From contig OZ244937.1 in NCBI GenBank assembly GCA_965222075.1, forward strand, positions 1,056,001 through 1,120,000: 64,000 nucleotides of DNA, in the 5' to 3' direction. Position 1 is the first letter of the stretch, and each line of letters starts with the position of its first letter. The DNA is from Candidatus Latescibacterota bacterium (GTDB lineage: Bacteria > Latescibacterota > UBA2968 > GCA-2709665). The notes below the pieces were generated by a model that saw nothing but the letters and a program-made list of their open reading frames with translations, was not told where the DNA came from and ran no database searches. Positions 27,973 to 38,223 of this stretch are shown here, piece after piece. A program made the position numbers and the translations under genes.

Positions 27973-28464
27973 ATGGACAGGTGGTTTATCGTTTTTGCGT
28001 GTGCTTTGACTCTGGGCTGCGGCCAGGAGTCGGCGGATGAGCTTTTTACAAAGGGAGAGGCTGCAACGCATCAGGACGCAACCTACCCGGAAGCCAAAAT
28101 TTACCTGAATGAATTCCTGGAACGCTTTCCGGACGACCCAAGGGCCGACCTGGCCCTGCAGGCCCTGGCCCGTGTCCTCCTGAACCGGGGGGAAAACGAG
28201 GCGTCGATTGCCCGGTACGAGGAGCTCATCCGGCGTTTTCCCACCAGCCGGTATGCCGATCAGGCCCAGTTTATGATCGGTTATATCTACGATTTAGACG
28301 GCAAATACGAACAGGCCCGAACAGCCTATCAAGAGGTGGTCAACGGGTATCCCGGTTCGGAACTGATTGACGATGCGCAGGCCTGCATTGCCAATCTGGG
28401 AAAGCCTCCCGCTGCGTGGTTCCCCCCAGATTCGACCACCGCAGGCAGCGCAAAACGTCGTTGA
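27973..28464 (+). CDS. TPR lipoprotein (BamD/CpoB-like repeats)
   Basis: Lipobox LTLGC. Repeats RFPDDPRADLA, RFPTSRYADQA, GYPGSELIDDA. Confidence 0.8.
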   Translation: MDRWFIVFACALTLGCGQESADELFTKGEAATHQDATYPEAKIYLNEFLERFPDDPRADLALQALARVLLNRGENEASIARYEELIRRFPTSRYADQAQFMIGYIYDLDGKYEQARTAYQEVVNGYPGSELIDDAQACIANLGKPPAAWFPPDSTTAGSAKRR

Positions 28465-28732
28465 GAAGGCCTGCTACCCAAAGGACGGTGTGTGCGCCTT
28501 CCCGATTCCCTGCACTTTGTAGATCAAATGTCGACGATTGAAGGAATATGTTATCTGTTCAGCCCTGCATTGCGGTCCGGTTTCTCAATTCACATTCCTG
28601 CCTGTTTTTCCTACCCTTCCGGGGAGCGGACGAGCCAATCCCCACTCTTCCATACGGTTTCAGATTTTTCAAAGGCTTCGCCACAGTTGCAGGAAGACGC
28701 GCCCATTGACCCTTTCCGAATAGGGACAGTCT

Positions 28733-29728
28733 ATGCTGATGACAGAGGATATTCAGGCCATTAACGAGCAGGTTTCCCAGGAGAGCGTATTTGCCCAACG
28801 GGTGGTGGGGGAGGTGGGTAAGGTGATTGTGGGTCAGCAGGCGATGATAGAACGGCTTCTGATCGGGCTGCTGTGCAACGGGCATGTCCTCCTGGAGGGC
28901 GTGCCTGGCCTGGCCAAGACCCTTGCGGTGAATACCCTGGCGCAGACGCTGCAGGCCTCATTCCGCCGTATTCAGTTTACGCCTGATCTGCTGCCCGCCG
29001 ATCTGATCGGGACCATGATCTACCATCAGCCTACGGGAGAATTCATCCCCAAGATGGGGCCGCTGTTTGCCCAGCTGGTGCTGGCCGATGAGGTGAACCG
29101 GGCGCCGGCCAAGGTGCAAAGCGCCATGCTGGAGGCCATGCAGGAGCGGCAGGTCACCATAGGCGACCAGACCTTCCAGATGGAAGACCCCTTTCTGGTT
29201 CTGGCCACGCAAAACCCGATCGAACAGGAGGGGACCTACCCCCTTCCGGAGGCCCAGGTAGACCGTTTTATGGTTAAGGTCAAAGTGACCTACCCCAGCC
29301 GGGAGGAGGAACGGATGATTGTGGACCGGATGGGAGGGGACGCCGTGCCGACCGCACAGCCGGTTGTCACCCCGGCCGATATTGTGCGGGCCCGGTCGGT
29401 GGTGGATCGAGTCTATGTGGACACCAAGATCAAAGACTATATTGTGGATCTGGTGCTGGCCACCCGGGAGCCTGCGGGCTATGGTCTGCCGGATCTGGGG
29501 CCGTTGATCGAATACGGATGCTCGCCCCGGGGCTCCATCTTCCTGACCAGGGCGGCCAGGGCCCACGCCTTTTTGAGGCGGAGGGGCTATGTGACGCCGG
29601 AAGACGTCAAGGCGGTGGGGATGGATATTCTGCGGCACCGGGTGATTGTGACCTACGAGGCGGAGGCGGAGGAGGTTACCCCGGAGGATGTGATCCAGCA
29701 AGTGTTTGACCATGTTGAGGTGCCCTGA
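28733..29728 (+). CDS. moxR: MoxR family AAA+ ATPase
   Basis: LLEGVPGLAKT, RIQFTPDLLP, DEVNRAPAKVQSA, ATQNPIEQEGTYPLPEAQ. Confidence 0.96.
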   Translation: MLMTEDIQAINEQVSQESVFAQRVVGEVGKVIVGQQAMIERLLIGLLCNGHVLLEGVPGLAKTLAVNTLAQTLQASFRRIQFTPDLLPADLIGTMIYHQPTGEFIPKMGPLFAQLVLADEVNRAPAKVQSAMLEAMQERQVTIGDQTFQMEDPFLVLATQNPIEQEGTYPLPEAQVDRFMVKVKVTYPSREEERMIVDRMGGDAVPTAQPVVTPADIVRARSVVDRVYVDTKIKDYIVDLVLATREPAGYGLPDLGPLIEYGCSPRGSIFLTRAARAHAFLRRRGYVTPEDVKAVGMDILRHRVIVTYEAEAEEVTPEDVIQQVFDHVEVP

Positions 29729-29731
29729 ACT

Positions 29732-30613
29732 GTGGTCCCTGCAGAGATCTTAAAAAAGGTGAGGCGAATCGAGATCCGCACGCGTCACCTGGTGAACACG
29801 GTTTTTTCCGGGGAGTATCACTCGGTGTTTAAAGGCCAGGGGGTGGTATTTGCCGAGGTCCGGGACTATCAGATGGGAGACGATATCAGGACCATCGACT
29901 GGAATGTGACGGCGCGAATGGGACACCCCTTTGTCAAGGTGTTCGACGAGGAGCGGGAACTTACGGTGATGCTGATGGTGGACGCCAGCGCGTCGGCAGA
30001 CTTTGGTACGGTAGACCAGATGAAGGGGGAGATCGGGGTTGAGATTTGCGCCCTGCTGGCGTTTTCGGCGATTCAGAATAACGACCGGGTCGGGCTGATT
30101 ATCTTTACAGACGACGTGGAGGCGTTTATCCCTCCCAAGAAAGGGAAGAAGCATGTGTTGCGCGTCATCCGGGAGTTGCTCTATTTCCGGCCGAGCAGGC
30201 GAGGGACGGATATCGGCGCTGCGCTGGACTATTTGGGCCGGGTGACGACGCGGAGGAGTGTGGTTTTCCTGATTTCGGACTTTATGGATTCGGGGTACGA
30301 GGCCGCGCTTCGGGTGGCCAACCGGCGGCACGACCTGGTGACGATTGCCCTGAAGGACCCTCGGGAGGCGGTCCTGCCCGATGTGGGGATTGTGGAGCTG
30401 GAGGATGCAGAGACCGGCGAAGAGATCCTGGTGGATACCTCGGATTCGGAGCTCAGGACATCTTTTGCCCGGTTTTCCCGGGGGGCGGTCGAAGCGCGCG
30501 ATCGGTTGTTTCGCACGATCGGCATTGACACGATTGACGTGAACACCAACGCATCCTACGTAGAACCGCTGATGCGGTTTTTCAAGATGCGGGCGCGCAA
30601 GATCAGAATATAA
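29732..30613 (+). CDS. DUF58 (VWA-like) protein
   Basis: GEYHSVFKGQG, GDDIRTIDWNVTAR, VDASAS, ISDF. Confidence 0.92.
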   Translation: MVPAEILKKVRRIEIRTRHLVNTVFSGEYHSVFKGQGVVFAEVRDYQMGDDIRTIDWNVTARMGHPFVKVFDEERELTVMLMVDASASADFGTVDQMKGEIGVEICALLAFSAIQNNDRVGLIIFTDDVEAFIPPKKGKKHVLRVIRELLYFRPSRRGTDIGAALDYLGRVTTRRSVVFLISDFMDSGYEAALRVANRRHDLVTIALKDPREAVLPDVGIVELEDAETGEEILVDTSDSELRTSFARFSRGAVEARDRLFRTIGIDTIDVNTNASYVEPLMRFFKMRARKIRI

Positions 30614-30631
30614 ACTTAAGAGGAGGTAGAC

Positions 30632-31582
30632 GTGATCGAAGTTGACCACTTAACCAAGCGCTACGGGCCGCTTCTTGCGGTAGACGATCTTTCGTTCCGG
30701 GTTGAGAAGGGCGAGGTCGTGGGATTCTTAGGACCCAACGGGGCCGGGAAGACCACCACGATGCGCATCCTCACCGGCTTCCTGCCCGCGACCGAAGGGT
30801 CGGCGCGGGTGGCGGGGTTCGATGTCTTTGAGAAGCCGTTGGAGGTGAAGCGACGCATCGGCTATCTGCCGGAGCACCCCCCGCTGTACCGGGATATGCG
30901 GGTGCGGTCCTACTTAGATTTTGTGGCAAAAATCAAAGGGCTGTCCACGCAGGACCGGAGGGACCGCATTGCGGAGGTGATGGAACGTTGCGGAATTGCG
31001 GACCGGGCGGAGCAGCTGATTGGCCAGCTCTCCAAAGGGTATCAGCAGCGCGTGGGCGTGGCCCAGGCGCTTGTGCACAATCCCGAGGTGATCATCCTGG
31101 ACGAACCGACCATCGGGCTGGATCCAAACCAGATCCGGCAGATCCGGCAGCTGATCAAGGGGTTGGGCCGGGAGCATACGGTCATCCTGAGTACGCATAT
31201 TCTGCCCGAGGTCGATATGACGTGTGATCGGGTGATTATTATCAACAAGGGGCGGATCGTTGCGGTGGACACGCCGGAGAACCTGACAGCTACGATGCAG
31301 GGGAACGAACGGTTTTACGTTGAAGTGGCCGGGGCTGCCGATGCTGCGGTTGAAGCGATCCGGGAAGTTCCCGAGGTGGTGGATGTGTCGAGGGCCGATG
31401 GGCGCACGGAAGGAGAGGCCGTGGGGTTGCACGTGGATGCGCCCGTTGAAAGCGACATCCGCGCGGCAGTGGCGGCCAGGGTCGTAGAACGGGGGCTGGG
31501 GCTGCTGGAGCTGCGGCGGATCGAGATGAGCCTTGAGGATATCTTCCACGAGTTGACAACGAGTGAGGAGGTGAGCGAGTAA
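30632..31582 (+). CDS. ABC transporter ATP-binding protein, GldA-like
   Basis: GPNGAGKTT, LSKGYQQRVG, ILDEPTIGLDPNQI, STHILPEV. Confidence 0.92.
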   Translation: MIEVDHLTKRYGPLLAVDDLSFRVEKGEVVGFLGPNGAGKTTTMRILTGFLPATEGSARVAGFDVFEKPLEVKRRIGYLPEHPPLYRDMRVRSYLDFVAKIKGLSTQDRRDRIAEVMERCGIADRAEQLIGQLSKGYQQRVGVAQALVHNPEVIILDEPTIGLDPNQIRQIRQLIKGLGREHTVILSTHILPEVDMTCDRVIIINKGRIVAVDTPENLTATMQGNERFYVEVAGAADAAVEAIREVPEVVDVSRADGRTEGEAVGLHVDAPVESDIRAAVAARVVERGLGLLELRRIEMSLEDIFHELTTSEEVSE

Positions 31583-32355
31583 TGAGCAATGTGCTTGCGA
31601 TTTTCTGGAAGGAGATGCGGTCCTATTTCGGGTCCCCCATCGCCTACGTGATTGCGGGGGGGTTCCTCGTTCTTACGGGGTATTTTTTCCAAAATATCGT
31701 GCTGAGTTTCCACGAGATGAGCCGCTATTACGCACAGCAGCAGTTTGCAAGCAGGCCCCGGATCAACGTGAACGAGTTGGTGGTGACGCGCTTTTTCGGA
31801 ATCCAGTTCTTTACCTGGCTGATCGTAACGCCCATGCTGACCATGCGGCTTTATGCGGAGGAAAAGCGGAGCGGCACGATCGAGCTGTTGATGACGTCGC
31901 CGGTGACCATCTGGCAGACGCTACTGGGGAAGTTTTTTGCCTGCTTCGGGCTGTATGTGCTCATCGAAATCGCGGCCTTCGCCCTCATCGGCCTTCTGTC
32001 GGTCTATGCCGACCTCGACTGGGGACCGATCCTTTCGGCCTGTCTGGCCGTTTTGCTGTTGGGGGCCACCTTTATCAGTGCGGGCATTCTGGCCTCTTCG
32101 CTTACCGAGAACCAGATCGTGGCGGTGGTCATTTCGTTCTTTCTGCTGCTGCTGCTCTGGATGATCGACTGGTCGGCGCAGTTTGCCGATCCTGTGCTGG
32201 GAGAGATTCTGCGCCAGCTTTCGATCCTGGAGCACATGCGGGACATGAACCGGGGAGTGATCGATACCAGCGATGTGGTTTTTTTTCTGAGCGCGACGGT
32301 TTTCTTTCTTTTTCTGACCCATACTGTCGTCGAATCCCGCAGATGGAGGCAATAG
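31582..32355 (+). CDS. ABC-2 permease, GldF-like
   Basis: KEMRSYFGSPIAY, PMLTMRLYAEEKRSGTIELLMTSP, SSLTENQIVA. Confidence 0.9.
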   Translation: MSNVLAIFWKEMRSYFGSPIAYVIAGGFLVLTGYFFQNIVLSFHEMSRYYAQQQFASRPRINVNELVVTRFFGIQFFTWLIVTPMLTMRLYAEEKRSGTIELLMTSPVTIWQTLLGKFFACFGLYVLIEIAAFALIGLLSVYADLDWGPILSACLAVLLLGATFISAGILASSLTENQIVAVVISFFLLLLLWMIDWSAQFADPVLGEILRQLSILEHMRDMNRGVIDTSDVVFFLSATVFFLFLTHTVVESRRWRQ

Positions 32356-32358
32356 GTT

Positions 32359-33738
32359 ATGGCGAGTTTTCTGAAGAGCCGAACGCTTAAATACGGCTCC
32401 AATGCGTTTGTTGCGGTGCTGATCATGCTCGGCATCCTGGTGGTGGTCAACTTTCTGTCCGACCGCTATCACCGGCGTTTCGATACCACGGAGGGGGGGA
32501 TTTTCAGCCTGTCTGACCAGACGGTGACGCTGCTGGATTCTTTGAAAAAGGATGTGCATGTGATCGCGTTTTTCCGGGAGCAGGAGAAGTCCCGGTACGA
32601 GAATCTGCTGAAGGAATACGCCTACCACTCCAAACGCTTCTCCTACCATTTTGTAGATCCGGACAGGCAACCGGCGGAGGCCAATCGGTATGAAATCAAG
32701 GCTTACCAGACCTCGGTGATCGAGGTGGGGGACAGAGAGGAACGGATTACCAGTTCTGAAGAGAAGGCTTTGACCAATGCCATTGCCAAGGCGGTCCGGG
32801 GCAGGGTGAAGCGCGTCTATTTTCTGGTGGGGCACGGTGAAGCGTCTATAGAGAGTCTGGCGCGGGATGGCTACAACAGGGTAAAACAGGCCCTTTTAGA
32901 GGCCAACTACGCTTTGCGCGATTCCCTGCTGCTTGCGCGGTCCAGGCAGGTGCCCCGGGACTGTGATCTGCTGATTGTGGCGGGCCCCAAGACCGGATTT
33001 TTTCAGGCGGAGGTCGATTCTATCCGGGTTTATCTGGAGGCAGGAGGCGCCGCGTTGTTTTTGCTGGACCCGGGGGTGCAGACCGGCCTGGAACCGATGC
33101 TGAAGGACTGGGCGATTGCCGTAAACAACGATTATATCGTGGACGGCAGCGGGGTTGGCAGGCTCTTCGGGCTGGACTACTCGATGCCGGTGGCCGCTCA
33201 GTACGGAGCGCACCCGATCACGTCGAAACACAAGGGTCTGATGACCTTTTACATGATGGCGCGTTCGGTAACCCGGGAGGGGCCGAAGCCGGGGGTGGAG
33301 GGGGCCCTGGAACTGGTGCTGACCTCTCCGAGAAGCTGGAGCGAATCGGACCTGTCGAGCAAGAAACCGAAGTTCGATCCCAAGTCCGATGTGCGGGGTC
33401 CGATCTCCCTGGCTATGGCGGTTTTGGCCAGCCCCAAACGCAGTCAGCACAGGCCGGGAGAAGATGCACAGCGTAAAACCCTGATCGTAGTTTTCGGAGA
33501 TTCCGACTTTGCCAACAACCAGTTCTTTGGGGCTCAGGGAAACGGCGACCTCTTCCTCAATTCGGTGAGCTGGCTCCTGGAAGAGGGGGAGATGATTTCC
33601 ATCCGGCCCAGGGAGCCGGGGCACCGTCCCGTCAGCCTGACCCAGAGAGACGCCCGGTGGATCCGCTGGCTGTCGCTGGTGGTGCTGCCTGCTATTCCGG
33701 TGATTGCCGGGGTTCTGGTGTGGTGGAGAAGACGGTAA
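32359..33738 (+). CDS. GldG-like ABC auxiliary component
   Basis: FDTTEGGIFSLSDQT, VYFLVGHGE, VFGDSDF, NGDLFLNSVSWL. N- and C-terminal TMs. Confidence 0.88.
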   Translation: MASFLKSRTLKYGSNAFVAVLIMLGILVVVNFLSDRYHRRFDTTEGGIFSLSDQTVTLLDSLKKDVHVIAFFREQEKSRYENLLKEYAYHSKRFSYHFVDPDRQPAEANRYEIKAYQTSVIEVGDREERITSSEEKALTNAIAKAVRGRVKRVYFLVGHGEASIESLARDGYNRVKQALLEANYALRDSLLLARSRQVPRDCDLLIVAGPKTGFFQAEVDSIRVYLEAGGAALFLLDPGVQTGLEPMLKDWAIAVNNDYIVDGSGVGRLFGLDYSMPVAAQYGAHPITSKHKGLMTFYMMARSVTREGPKPGVEGALELVLTSPRSWSESDLSSKKPKFDPKSDVRGPISLAMAVLASPKRSQHRPGEDAQRKTLIVVFGDSDFANNQFFGAQGNGDLFLNSVSWLLEEGEMISIRPREPGHRPVSLTQRDARWIRWLSLVVLPAIPVIAGVLVWWRRR

Positions 33739-33795
33739 GTGGTGAGCGACGCGTGCTCCAACCCTCACGACTTGCCACTGTCATGAGAGGGGTAA

Positions 33796-35187
33796 GTGAT
33801 GAGCTTTAAGACAACAGGCCTTCTGGCCGCGCTGTTTATCGCCCTGCTGGGGTTTCTCTACTTTTACGAGATCAAGGGCGGGGAGGGACGGAAGCGAGAG
33901 GAAGTGGAGGCCAAGAAGGTTCTCCGGATTGACGATACGGAGGTGGTCCGTCTGACGGTTCAGCGGGAGGATACCACGGTGGTGGCTGTGAGGGAGGGAG
34001 ACGGCTGGCGGATTCTGGAGCCTCTCAAAACCGGGGGAGATCGGGCGAATATCGAGTCCCTGCTTCGCACTGGAAACAACCTGGAGAAGGTCCAGGTTGT
34101 GGCGGATGAGGCTTCGGTGACCAGTGGAGAGGTGGACCCTGCAGATTTTGGGCTTGGTAAGCCCGATATTACCGTGGTGTTTGAACGGGAAGCTGAGAAA
34201 CGGGATAGCCTCTTTTTTGGCGATAAGAGCCCCACGGGGAGCTACGTCTACTTGAGGGTGTCGGGGAGCCCGGAGATCCTGGCCGTCGGGTCCTGGCGAA
34301 AGTCGAATTTTGCAAAGGGGCTTTACGACCTGCGGGACAAACGGGTTGTTCTGTTTGACAGGGATGAAGTCCGAAAATTTGAGATCGCCCACGACGGCCG
34401 GGTTCTTGTGGCCTCGAAACAGGGGGGGGGCTGGCGTCTTGAAAAGCCGGTGGCCGACCGGGGGGACAGTCTGGCCATTCGACGCCTCCTGAGCCGGCTG
34501 TGGACGGCCCAGGCAAAACGCTTTGTGACAGAGGAAGCGACAGATCTGGCACCCTACGGGCTGGATGACCCCTGGATGCGGATCTCGATCTACGAGGGAG
34601 AGGGGCTGGCGCTGAAGGAGGTGATCCTGGGAGACGGGGTAAGGGCCGGCAGGATCAAAAGGTATTATGGGAAATATATGGCCAGGTCCCCGGTCTTTAC
34701 GGTCGATTCGACTTTTGTCAAGGAGGTGGCGAAGACCCCCTCGGAACTGCGATATAAAAAGATCTTCGCCTTTGACTCCGAAGGCATCGACCGGGTGGTG
34801 CTGGTGTATCCGGACAGCACGGTGGACTGCAGAAAAGATGCGAGCAGCCAGGCGTGGACGGCGCTGGAGCCCCGCTTCCACGCGGCTTCCGGCAAGAGCG
34901 TGGAAGATCTGATCGAACGGGTAAAGGAGCTTGAGGCCGTCCGTTTTGCGGCCGAGGCGCTGGTGTTGCCGGAAGCATACGGATTGGATGCCCCTGTATT
35001 GCAGGTTAAGCTGTGGAAGGCCGGACAACTGGCGCGGGAGGTGGCGCTGGGGAGGAAAGGAGAACAGGTTTACGCCAGGGGCGATGCCCGCCCGCAGGTG
35101 GTGGAGGTGGGAAGCAGCGCCTTGAAGAAGCTGACGCTGGAACTGAGTCCTTTTATTCCAGATAGCGTGCAGGTCCAGGTCCCGTAG
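33796..35187 (+). CDS. DUF4340 domain protein
   Basis: N-terminal TM and three repeats (DFGLGKP, PYGLDDP, AYGLDAP). Usual neighbour of gldG-like genes. Confidence 0.8.
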   Translation: MMSFKTTGLLAALFIALLGFLYFYEIKGGEGRKREEVEAKKVLRIDDTEVVRLTVQREDTTVVAVREGDGWRILEPLKTGGDRANIESLLRTGNNLEKVQVVADEASVTSGEVDPADFGLGKPDITVVFEREAEKRDSLFFGDKSPTGSYVYLRVSGSPEILAVGSWRKSNFAKGLYDLRDKRVVLFDRDEVRKFEIAHDGRVLVASKQGGGWRLEKPVADRGDSLAIRRLLSRLWTAQAKRFVTEEATDLAPYGLDDPWMRISIYEGEGLALKEVILGDGVRAGRIKRYYGKYMARSPVFTVDSTFVKEVAKTPSELRYKKIFAFDSEGIDRVVLVYPDSTVDCRKDASSQAWTALEPRFHAASGKSVEDLIERVKELEAVRFAAEALVLPEAYGLDAPVLQVKLWKAGQLAREVALGRKGEQVYARGDARPQVVEVGSSALKKLTLELSPFIPDSVQVQVP

Positions 35188-35229
35188 TCTGGTTCTGCAG
35201 AGGCGTTGAAACAACAGGATTGATTGCTC

Positions 35230-36186
35230 ATGCGCCTACGTGTCTGCTGTGTTTTTGCCGCTGCACTCTGTCTCCTGCTGGATGCCCACCCCTGCCCTGC
35301 CGGGGTCTCTTTTCAGGCAGAGGTTAACCGGGATACGATTACGGTAGGGGACCCTGTTGCGTTTCGGTTGCGGGTGAGGCGCCAGATAGGGGATCGGGTA
35401 GAGATCCTGCCAGAGGGTGGGTTTCCGGGGCCGTTCGAGGTTCGAGAGCAGCGGCCTCCGGCCGTCCGGCAGATGGACGACGGACGGGTCGAGGAGACAA
35501 GGGATTATGTGATTGTGGTCTATCGAACCGGGGAGTTTGAAATTCCGCCGTTGACGCTGCGTTTCCAGACGGCGTCCGGAGATACGGGCCGTATTGCCTC
35601 TGGTTCTGTTCCGATTGTGGTTCAAAGCGTGGTGTCTGAAGATTCGGATATCCGGGATATCAAGCCGCCCGTGGAGATGCCGGCGCGGATTCCCATCTGG
35701 GTATGGATTGCAGGGGCTGCGCTGGTTCTGGCCGTTGTCGGTACGATCTGGTACATCATACGCCGGCGCCGCAGGCCCGTCGAAGCGCTGCCACCTGCGC
35801 CCGTAGACTGGCGGGCCGAGGTGGAGAAGATCACCCGGATGGGGCTCCTGGAGAAGGGGAACTACAAGCGGTATTACACGCTGCTCTCAGAAGTGACACG
35901 CCGTTATCTGGAAGCGCGTACAGGCGTTGAAGCGATGGAGCGCACGACCTTTGAAATTGCATCGGGGCTGCATGAGAGATCGATCGGAGAGGCCCACGTG
36001 GCCGAGGTGGAGGGGTTCCTGTCGGAGGCGGATCTGGTGAAGTTCGCCAAGGTCAGGCTGCCTCAAGAGACCGCTGCGCATGCGGTACAGCGGGTGCACG
36101 ACCTGATGATCCACCTGGACGCGGAACCCCTGGCCCGGCCAGGGGAGATCGATCGGGAACCGACCTCGGCAGGAAGTGCTCGATGA
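35230..36186 (+). CDS. Bat-operon membrane protein (BatD-like N-terminus, one TM)
   Basis: Signal peptide, DTITVGDP, IRDIKPP, RRYLE...AMERTTFE, ADLVKFAK. Confidence 0.75.
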   Translation: MRLRVCCVFAAALCLLLDAHPCPAGVSFQAEVNRDTITVGDPVAFRLRVRRQIGDRVEILPEGGFPGPFEVREQRPPAVRQMDDGRVEETRDYVIVVYRTGEFEIPPLTLRFQTASGDTGRIASGSVPIVVQSVVSEDSDIRDIKPPVEMPARIPIWVWIAGAALVLAVVGTIWYIIRRRRRPVEALPPAPVDWRAEVEKITRMGLLEKGNYKRYYTLLSEVTRRYLEARTGVEAMERTTFEIASGLHERSIGEAHVAEVEGFLSEADLVKFAKVRLPQETAAHAVQRVHDLMIHLDAEPLARPGEIDREPTSAGSAR

Positions 36187-37178
36187 TTCGATTCCACAAC
36201 CCGGAATGGCTCCTGCTGCTCTTGATCGTTCCGATCCTGATTTATCGGTATGTATACCGGGAGCGCCAGAAGCAGGGGAGCATCCGGTTTTCAGACATCG
36301 GGACGTTCAAACAGATCCAGCCGTCCTTCATTCTGAAACTCCGCCACAGTCTGATTGTCTTGCGGTGTCTGGCGCTTGTCCTCCTGGTGCTGGCCCTGGC
36401 TCGCCCCCTGTCGGGGCGGGAGAGCCGGGAGATTCTGACCCAGGGGATCGATATTGTGCTGGCCATCGACGTTTCCACCAGTATGGAGCTCAAGGACCTG
36501 GACCAACAGCGCAAGACGAGGCTGGAGGTGTCTAAGGAGGTGGTGGCCCAGTTCGTTCAGGGGCGGACGAATGACCGGTTGGGTCTGGTGGTGTTTGCAG
36601 GGGAGAGCTACACGCAGTGCCCGCTTACCTTGGATTACGGCATCTTTCTTAATTTCTTGGATACGGTCCAGCTTGCAGACGAGGCGTGGGACGGTACGGC
36701 GATCGGTACAGGTATTGCCACGGCGGTCAACCGCCTCCGGAAGTCCGACGCTCGGAGCAGGGTTGTTATTCTGCTGACGGACGGGAAGAACAACCGGGGA
36801 GAGATCGATCCGATCACAGCGGCAAAGGCGGCAAAGGCTATGGGCATCCGGATCTATACGATCGGGGCAGGGAGTAAGGGCCCGATTAAGGTGGACGGAT
36901 TCTTTGGCCCCCGGTATGTGCGGGACCCGAGGTTGGAGGTTGACGAGGAGACGTTGAAGAAGATTGCGGATATCACCCGCGGACGTTATTACCGGGCCAC
37001 CAGCGAGAAGAAGCTTGAGGAGATCTACCGGGAGATCGGGGAGATGGAGCAGACGCAGATCAAGACGAGGGCGTTTGTGGATTACACGGAGCTGTTTCCC
37101 AGGTTCCTCTGGCCCGGGCTGGTCCTGCTGGGTGTGGAGGTGGTATTTGCCAATACGCGGTTTCGGAGGATCCCATAG
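36183..37178 (+). CDS. batA: VWA domain protein BatA
   Basis: IRFHNPEWL, MIDAS DVSTSM, PLTLDY, LLTDG, RFRRIP end. Confidence 0.9.
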   Translation: MIRFHNPEWLLLLLIVPILIYRYVYRERQKQGSIRFSDIGTFKQIQPSFILKLRHSLIVLRCLALVLLVLALARPLSGRESREILTQGIDIVLAIDVSTSMELKDLDQQRKTRLEVSKEVVAQFVQGRTNDRLGLVVFAGESYTQCPLTLDYGIFLNFLDTVQLADEAWDGTAIGTGIATAVNRLRKSDARSRVVILLTDGKNNRGEIDPITAAKAAKAMGIRIYTIGAGSKGPIKVDGFFGPRYVRDPRLEVDEETLKKIADITRGRYYRATSEKKLEEIYREIGEMEQTQIKTRAFVDYTELFPRFLWPGLVLLGVEVVFANTRFRRIP

Positions 37179-38201
37179 ATGCGGTTTGGTGATCCCCAGG
37201 CGTTCTGGTTGCTGCTGCTGGCGCCTGTGTGCGTCGTCTTTTACGTCTGGGCGTTCCGCAGGCGCCGCCGGGCGCTGGCAGATTTTGGAAGCCCTGCGCT
37301 GATGGAGAAGCTGACCTCGGCGACGAGCCGGGTGCGGCAGGGGGTGAAAGCGGCCCTGGCGGTGGTGGGGTTTATCTTTCTGGCCCTGGCGTTGGTTCAG
37401 CCGCAACTCGGAACCAGGCTGGAGCTGCTCCACCGCAGAGGGGTGGACATTATGGTTGCCCTGGATACCTCGTTGAGTATGCTGGCGGAGGACATTAAGC
37501 CGAACAGGCTGCAGCGGGCGTGTTACGAGATTGAAGCATTTATTGATCGGCTGGAGGGAGACCGGGTGGGGCTGATGGCCTTTGCGGGACGGAGTTTTGT
37601 CCTGTGCCCGCTCACGCTCGATTACGGGGCGGCCAAGCTGTTCCTGGACACAATTGATACGGAGATGATCCCCGTTAAGGGAACGGCGATTGCCGAGGCC
37701 ATTCAGACGGGTACGCGGGCGTTGGGGGCAAAGGAGCGGAAGTACAAGGTGCTGGTCCTGATTACCGATGGGGAGGACCACGCCGGCGATCCCGTGGCCG
37801 TGGCCGAGGAGGCCGCCGAAGCGGGCGTTCGGATCTTTTCCGTGGGGGTAGGCACCCCGGAGGGGGAGCTGATTCCGATTCGGGAGAGCGGCCGGGTGGA
37901 CTACATGAAGGATCGACGAGGGAATATCGTGAAGACTCGTCTGGACGAGGCCACGCTTGAACAGATCGCCAGAATTACGGACGGCGTTTACCTTCGTGCG
38001 TCGGCAGGCGGTGTTGGGCTGGATGCGGTTTACGACCAGATTGCAGAGATGGAGAAGAAGGAGCTGGAATCGCGCAAGTATACGCAGTATAAACATCGAT
38101 TTCAGTGGCCCCTGGCCCTTGCTCTGGTCTGTTTTGTGAGCGAGGCATTGCTTTCGGACAGGCGGAGGGGACGGAGGGAGTGGCGGGGACGGTTTCAGTA
38201 G
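37179..38201 (+). CDS. batB: VWA domain protein BatB
   Basis: DTSLSMLAEDIKPNRL, ITDGEDH, VGTPEG, VKTRLDE. Confidence 0.9.
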   Translation: MRFGDPQAFWLLLLAPVCVVFYVWAFRRRRRALADFGSPALMEKLTSATSRVRQGVKAALAVVGFIFLALALVQPQLGTRLELLHRRGVDIMVALDTSLSMLAEDIKPNRLQRACYEIEAFIDRLEGDRVGLMAFAGRSFVLCPLTLDYGAAKLFLDTIDTEMIPVKGTAIAEAIQTGTRALGAKERKYKVLVLITDGEDHAGDPVAVAEEAAEAGVRIFSVGVGTPEGELIPIRESGRVDYMKDRRGNIVKTRLDEATLEQIARITDGVYLRASAGGVGLDAVYDQIAEMEKKELESRKYTQYKHRFQWPLALALVCFVSEALLSDRRRGRREWRGRFQ

Positions 38202-38223
38202 CATTGGTATTTCAATCCGCAAT

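Noticed and set aside
28492-28764. 90-aa ORF upstream of moxR
   Set aside because: No motif or RBS support. More likely promoter/intergenic DNA.
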